Shown here piece by piece: positions 58,592 to 64,000 of a stretch of 64,000 bases of DNA; position 1 is the first letter of the stretch, and every line of letters begins with the position of its first letter. Source of the stretch: Eledone cirrhosa (Eukaryota); the NCBI GenBank assembly GCA_964016885.1, contig OZ024741.1:343914001-343978000 (forward strand). The letters are read 5' to 3'. A model generated the notes under the pieces. That model saw only the letters and a list, made by a program, of their open reading frames with translations. It searched no databases and was not told the DNA's origin. The translations under genes and the position numbers were made by a program.

Positions 58592-60166
58592 AATATATAT
58601 ATATAAATATATATGTATATATTCATGGAAGCACACACACTCTCACGCGCGCACACATGCACAAAAACAAGTAACTCAACGACACACACAAACGTCGGCA
58701 CAAAAACTAGTGTGCACACACCAACAATATTAGATTCAACGAAACGCATGTGTACAGGCACACAGAAGTATTAATGCACACCTACCAATTCCACCCCATC
58801 GGCACACACCCAACATCATTTATGACATACATGGACCCATCACGTCGTCTCACACTCCCGAATATCCTATCACCTCCAACCTTTTTAACAGACTCTCGTG
58901 TGTCTATCTGTTCTCTCTCTCCGAACTCTCCATTTCCCGACGAAGGACTTCCGTCTGTAGCACCGAACCTTCCTCTAATTCCTCTAAGACTTTGTGTTTT
59001 CGAATACTCGTGTTTATTTTATTTATCTCCTCTCTCTCCCTCTCTCTGTATTGCGACTATGTATTTATTGCGATTGAAACGAAGAAAAACGTGGGAACTA
59101 GATAAAAATATACTTTTATATAAATTCACAGTATATCCTATATCTTCTGGCGTGATCATGTCTCTGGTAATTAGACATTCAAAGAAATATATGGATGCAT
59201 GATGCCTTCAGTTTCCTTAATACAAAGAGATCAATTTAAGCATGTCATTGTTCATATAGAGTTTGATGAGGAAACCGTAAATATATGAAATTACTCGGTA
59301 CATTAAGAACAAAAATAAGATCAAGGTTTCTCTTCTGTGATGAAGCTATCAATTATTTTGTCATCATATATAGGTTATGCACCTTTTTTTCTCCGCCAAA
59401 ATGCAGATTGGAAAATCTGATGAAGTCTTTGGTAGGTATGACAAGAGCACAAATTGTAAAATATATGTCAAACACACATCGGTCAGTAAGAGCTGAATCC
59501 GTCATAGGTGGGTGTGACAACATTTAAAATATATTATGAGATATTGAAAGTGACTCGGAACAAACACCTAATGCACGATATGAAGCAGACACTGGCAGAC
59601 AAAGCGGATTTTGTGAAAATTGCTTTGATGGCCAAAATCTGGAATATAATTTGTGTACAACTCAACAGCACAAACAAAGATTTTCAAGGTTTAGAATTTG
59701 ACTAACTGATAATGTATAAACGTTTCTAAAATCCATTCAGGATAGGTATTAATTGTTAAAACTTAAAAAATATATATGACAAGTTTATTGGATTTATAAA
59801 ATAAATTTTATTCTAAAATTGCATTTTTGGAAGTAAATTGTTATTTTTAAATATTGTGTGTCATCAGTGGGGGTGATGTTTATTTTCACTGCTGTCAACT
59901 GCAATAGATCAGAAAATGGTTGGTAAATCCTGGCATGAATAAATCTTTCATTTCTAATCTGAATCTGTCAAATATAAATTAAACATTTGAAATCAATACC
60001 TAATATTTAACATTAATTGCTGTCACTATTCACTTACTAATTATCTATTGTTAACAAAATTATTATAGTTTATAAAATGTACTTCTTCATAATATGGTTT
60101 GGTATTTAGAGAATGGATTGATGACACAATCATATATACATAAATCCATATATATGCATTAACTAA

Positions 60167-60207
<41 letters not shown>

Positions 60208-60312
60208 TTAAGGCCAGTTACGACACCCAGAAACGTACTGACTTGAGAGATGTTTTATACCTTAAATATTTCTATAAAGTTATTACCACACAGAGACCCT
60301 GACACACACACA

Positions 60313-60348
<36 letters not shown>

Positions 60349-60511
60349 GTATAAATGTATATATATATAAATTCCAAAATCGCTGACTGAATACACTCGT
60401 GATTTCTCTCAAAATCTTCTTTACGTTACATTCCTTATATTTCTCAGTCTATCTTATACAAAATATCTACATTAAAAATGATATTAACATACCTTAACAC
60501 TAGCCAAATAA

Positions 60512-60730
60512 CGATTTCTAGTATAGGCACAAGGCCAACAATTTGGCGGGGGGGGGGGGTCGATTATACAGACTCCAGTACGTTACTGGTACTTTATTTT
60601 ATCGACCCCGTAAGGATGAAAAGCAAAGTTAACCTCGGCGGGATTTGAACTTAGATCATAATGGGCTGTAACTCTATGCTGCAAAGCATGTTGTCCGACT
60701 CTCTACCGATACTGCCAATCCATCGCCCTA
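60512..60730 (-). mobile_element. SINE family A
   Basis: Full copy in reverse complement. Confidence 0.88.
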
Positions 60731-62807
60731 CACTACCCAAATAGTAATTAATGAGTACATAATTAATAAATAAAAATGGGGACGTAAAAGTTAAGATGAC
60801 TTGAACTACCTGTACAGTTAAACATTAAAAGTTCTAAGCAAACTTTATAAATATTTATTAACAATCACACACAAAACAGAAATCGCTTTATACAGTATAT
60901 ATCTGAATGAAAACAATATTCTCCACTGAGTAGATTTATAAAAGCAGAGATAGAAATATTGATCACCATCCTATAATTCTAGGTGAGGTGAGGATGAATT
61001 AAGACGTTTACTGTAAGGTATGTTCATATCAACTCCTACCACCAAATCATCACCATCAACCACTAACCACTAAATATATCTTCACCACCACTCTCTAGAA
61101 GAGATCTACTGAACCATCTAATTTGATCCACACCATCATAGTTTTTCACAATGAATTGTATTTCTAAATAAGTACTTTTCAGTAAACCTCTTAATTCATC
61201 CTCACTCCCACCTATTGATAAGAAGTGGAGCCTTGGTTCACAAATGCCTCGTATGACCAAAAATATGACCGAATATAAAACATTTCGGAATTTTAGTTGA
61301 GCTTTTATTGTCGAATGTTTTTTTTCTAGTTGATATATCTATCTATCCCTATACCTATTTACGTGATATGCACATAACTGAGATGCAGTAGTTCCTTCAA
61401 AATTCCATGTGCGTTTCGGCCAATCCTTTGGACTGAACCATTTCAAAGGTGAAACATGGTTTCTGAAACCATAAAGGAACTATATACGAGAGATTAAAAT
61501 AGTTATTTAATGGCCGGTATGTTCTGGTTGATATTTTTGTTATATTTCCCCCTATTGCTCATTTGTAATGATATGTTTTACATTCTTTGAAAATTATCTC
61601 CTGTTTTAATGGTTGATATATTTCTATATATGTTATTCGCCTTTGAATTTATATATGTATATATACAATTAGATTAAATTACTATCATGATTACATAACG
61701 CGAATACTCGTGTTTCATTATGGTACTGAAATACTCCACCACATAGGTTTGCGAAAAATATGGATAAAGTAAAGGAGAGAACTGTAATATAGTCTAGTAA
61801 AGGGATCTACGTAACGTTCATATACATAGAGACATAGTTACGTATAACCGCAAACCGTTCTTTAGAAGTCATATCCGCTAGCCTCAATCTGGCCTAGACA
61901 AATTCTTCAAAATTAATTTCGTTTCATGTGTACAGTGGCTGAAGAAATTAAAACGTGTATTCAAGCATCTCTTATACGAATCTAAGTTTTTAGAATAACC
62001 CACCTTTCATCTATGCATAAATAAACATTCCACGATTCATTAACGTTGAGTCTTTATCTTTGTCGGTATCGTTGAGGTTCCACACAAAGCATGCGGGCTT
62101 CGTTGCATATTTCTTGACTGTGTTTTTTAAGGGAAACGGCTTTTGAAGCGGCTCGCTGTCGTGCCTACAGAGGTTATATGTTTGGTTAAGGGGCATATTT
62201 CTGGTTTTCTGCACGAGAAACCGGGTATCAGAACACTCAGGTGATTCTTTTAGATGTGTAATTTTATATTTTCGATGCAGGAATAGCCACTTTACTGAGT
62301 GGTGGTAGAATATTTGTACTTATGAGATTATGACATACAGGAGGATGTTTTAGTGGAAAAAAGCCAACTCGCAACTCCATAGAAATATTAAACGAAACAA
62401 TATATTCTGGAAATGAACCTACCATAATATGGCGAACCGATGAGTTGGAGTATTTCAATACATTAATGAAACGCACGTATTTGTGTTATGTAATTGTTGT
62501 AGTTATTTAATCTAATTGTACATCTCAACATCTTCTAGGGGCTCCGTACTCTGATAGGTTTAGATAACTTCTAGCTAATTTCTACAATAATATATATATA
62601 TATATATTTATTTATTTATTTACTGCATTAAGTGTGGTAGAAACTCGAGTACGGCTATAAATTTATGGTACCGATTTACGTGTGTTGTATCGAGGCCGAT
62701 AAGTTTGTGTCTACTCTGGGATTTACACGTAACCTTACCTATTGAGTATGCTGAGATACAACCATTACTAACAGAGAAACTTTATGGTAGTACTGTTAGC
62801 TTCTTAG

Positions 62808-62894
<87 letters not shown>

Positions 62895-63911
62895 TTATAA
62901 GAATCAAAGTTTTGTTCAAATCATTCATATGCTTACAATTGTTTCCTCCAAACCGAGGTTTGGATTGTTCGGAGCAGTTTATTAATGAATGAACACATAT
63001 ATGACCTCCTTTTCAACCCAAGAGACATACAGATACATATGCAAACATTGTTGCTTGGTGGGTCGACATCCATTATAACATTTAGTGTACATTTAGAGAT
63101 TACATTCATATTAAAAGAGGATAAAATCAAAAATTCAGGTTAAAATATATGAAATTAATGTGATAGGATAGTCATAAGCAGTTATTGAGTGCAATAGTTA
63201 CACGTGTGGCAAGCACGTGTGTCTTGTTTATATAATGCTATAGTGCAGCAGAGTGTTACATGTAATAGAAGCACTTACACGGGTGATCAAGAGTGTTAAG
63301 GGGGTTGAACTGGTAGTGAATCCTTTATATAAACGTTATAGCCTGTGCGTGGAGAAATAATATAAACATTAAAAATATTGGAAATACGTAGCAAAGCGAT
63401 GATATTGATTTCATGTACAGCACCATTTTCACAGTCCGGGGAGCGTATTATTCAGATTATATGCCCCTCACATAATCCACGATGATTCGATATTGGGCGT
63501 TTGACGATTCTGCTAGAGTATCGTAGTTTGTTGGTCTTTAGCTCAATATAGCAGGTTGTTAAGATGCGAGGATCAACATCGAATTAATTTCCGGAAGTGT
63601 GTGTGTGACTAAGGGGAGTTAATGCGTGCGGGGAGGTAACTCAGTGGTTTCTATGACTAAATATTAAATGGTGTCTCAAAATAGTCCCTATCTTGTATGG
63701 TTATATACAGTTTCTAAAAATTTAAAGTGTCTTAACTATAATGTAGTCTATTAAGAAGTACTAAAGGTGTTCATATTAGGGTGATTATCCTCCATTATAG
63801 AGTGCCACAATTGAATATTTCACACGATGAGAGAGATTTCCAAATCAATGATCATTGTGATTGTAGTCTACTCACAGAACCTGGCAGGGTGATTATAGAA
63901 TCACTTCTATA

Positions 63912-64000
63912 TATAATTGTTTCTACATTTGGCACAAGGCCAGCAAATTACCCAGTGCATTACTGGTACTTTATTTTATCGACCCCGTAAGGATGAAAGG
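63912..64000 (-). mobile_element. SINE family A 3' part, cut by the window edge
   Basis: Family body in reverse complement. Confidence 0.85.

Noticed and set aside
59230-62480. Faint transposase-like peptides (59230-59800, 60900-61260, 61800-62480)
   Set aside because: Only vague resemblance; needs tblastx or HMM searches against Dfam/Repbase.

Overview
Eukaryotic, AT-rich, repeat-saturated DNA with no recognisable host protein-coding exon and one assembly gap (N, 22366-22565). The SINE families and (TA)n/(CA)n density suggest a cephalopod such as Octopus; this is an inference. Nearly all predicted ORFs are microsatellite noise. Real coding remnants are four 5'-truncated Penelope-like retroelements (PLEs; three with RT and GIY-YIG, one with only the GIY-YIG C-terminus), decayed R4/Dong-like and other LINE pieces, and a hAT transposase relic. 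Two non-autonomous Helitrons, a mariner-type MITE and about 20 tRNA-derived SINE copies are also present. The hidden signal is RNA-structural: reading both strands by eye gives over 30 type I hammerhead ribozyme (HHR) motifs, intact or degenerate, from more than 10 sequence families. Most sit in short fold-back elements embedded in (TA)n. The best candidate for an undescribed system is a 466-bp tandem array at 19509-22365. Each unit has an intact minimal HHR behind a conserved octamer-dyad plus TATA module, lacks the AATAAA seen in dispersed relatives, and alternates as an A/B dimer. It looks like a retrozyme or newt satellite-2-like circular-RNA element, probably mobilised by PLE machinery. 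All folds were paired by eye and ribozyme activity is untested.
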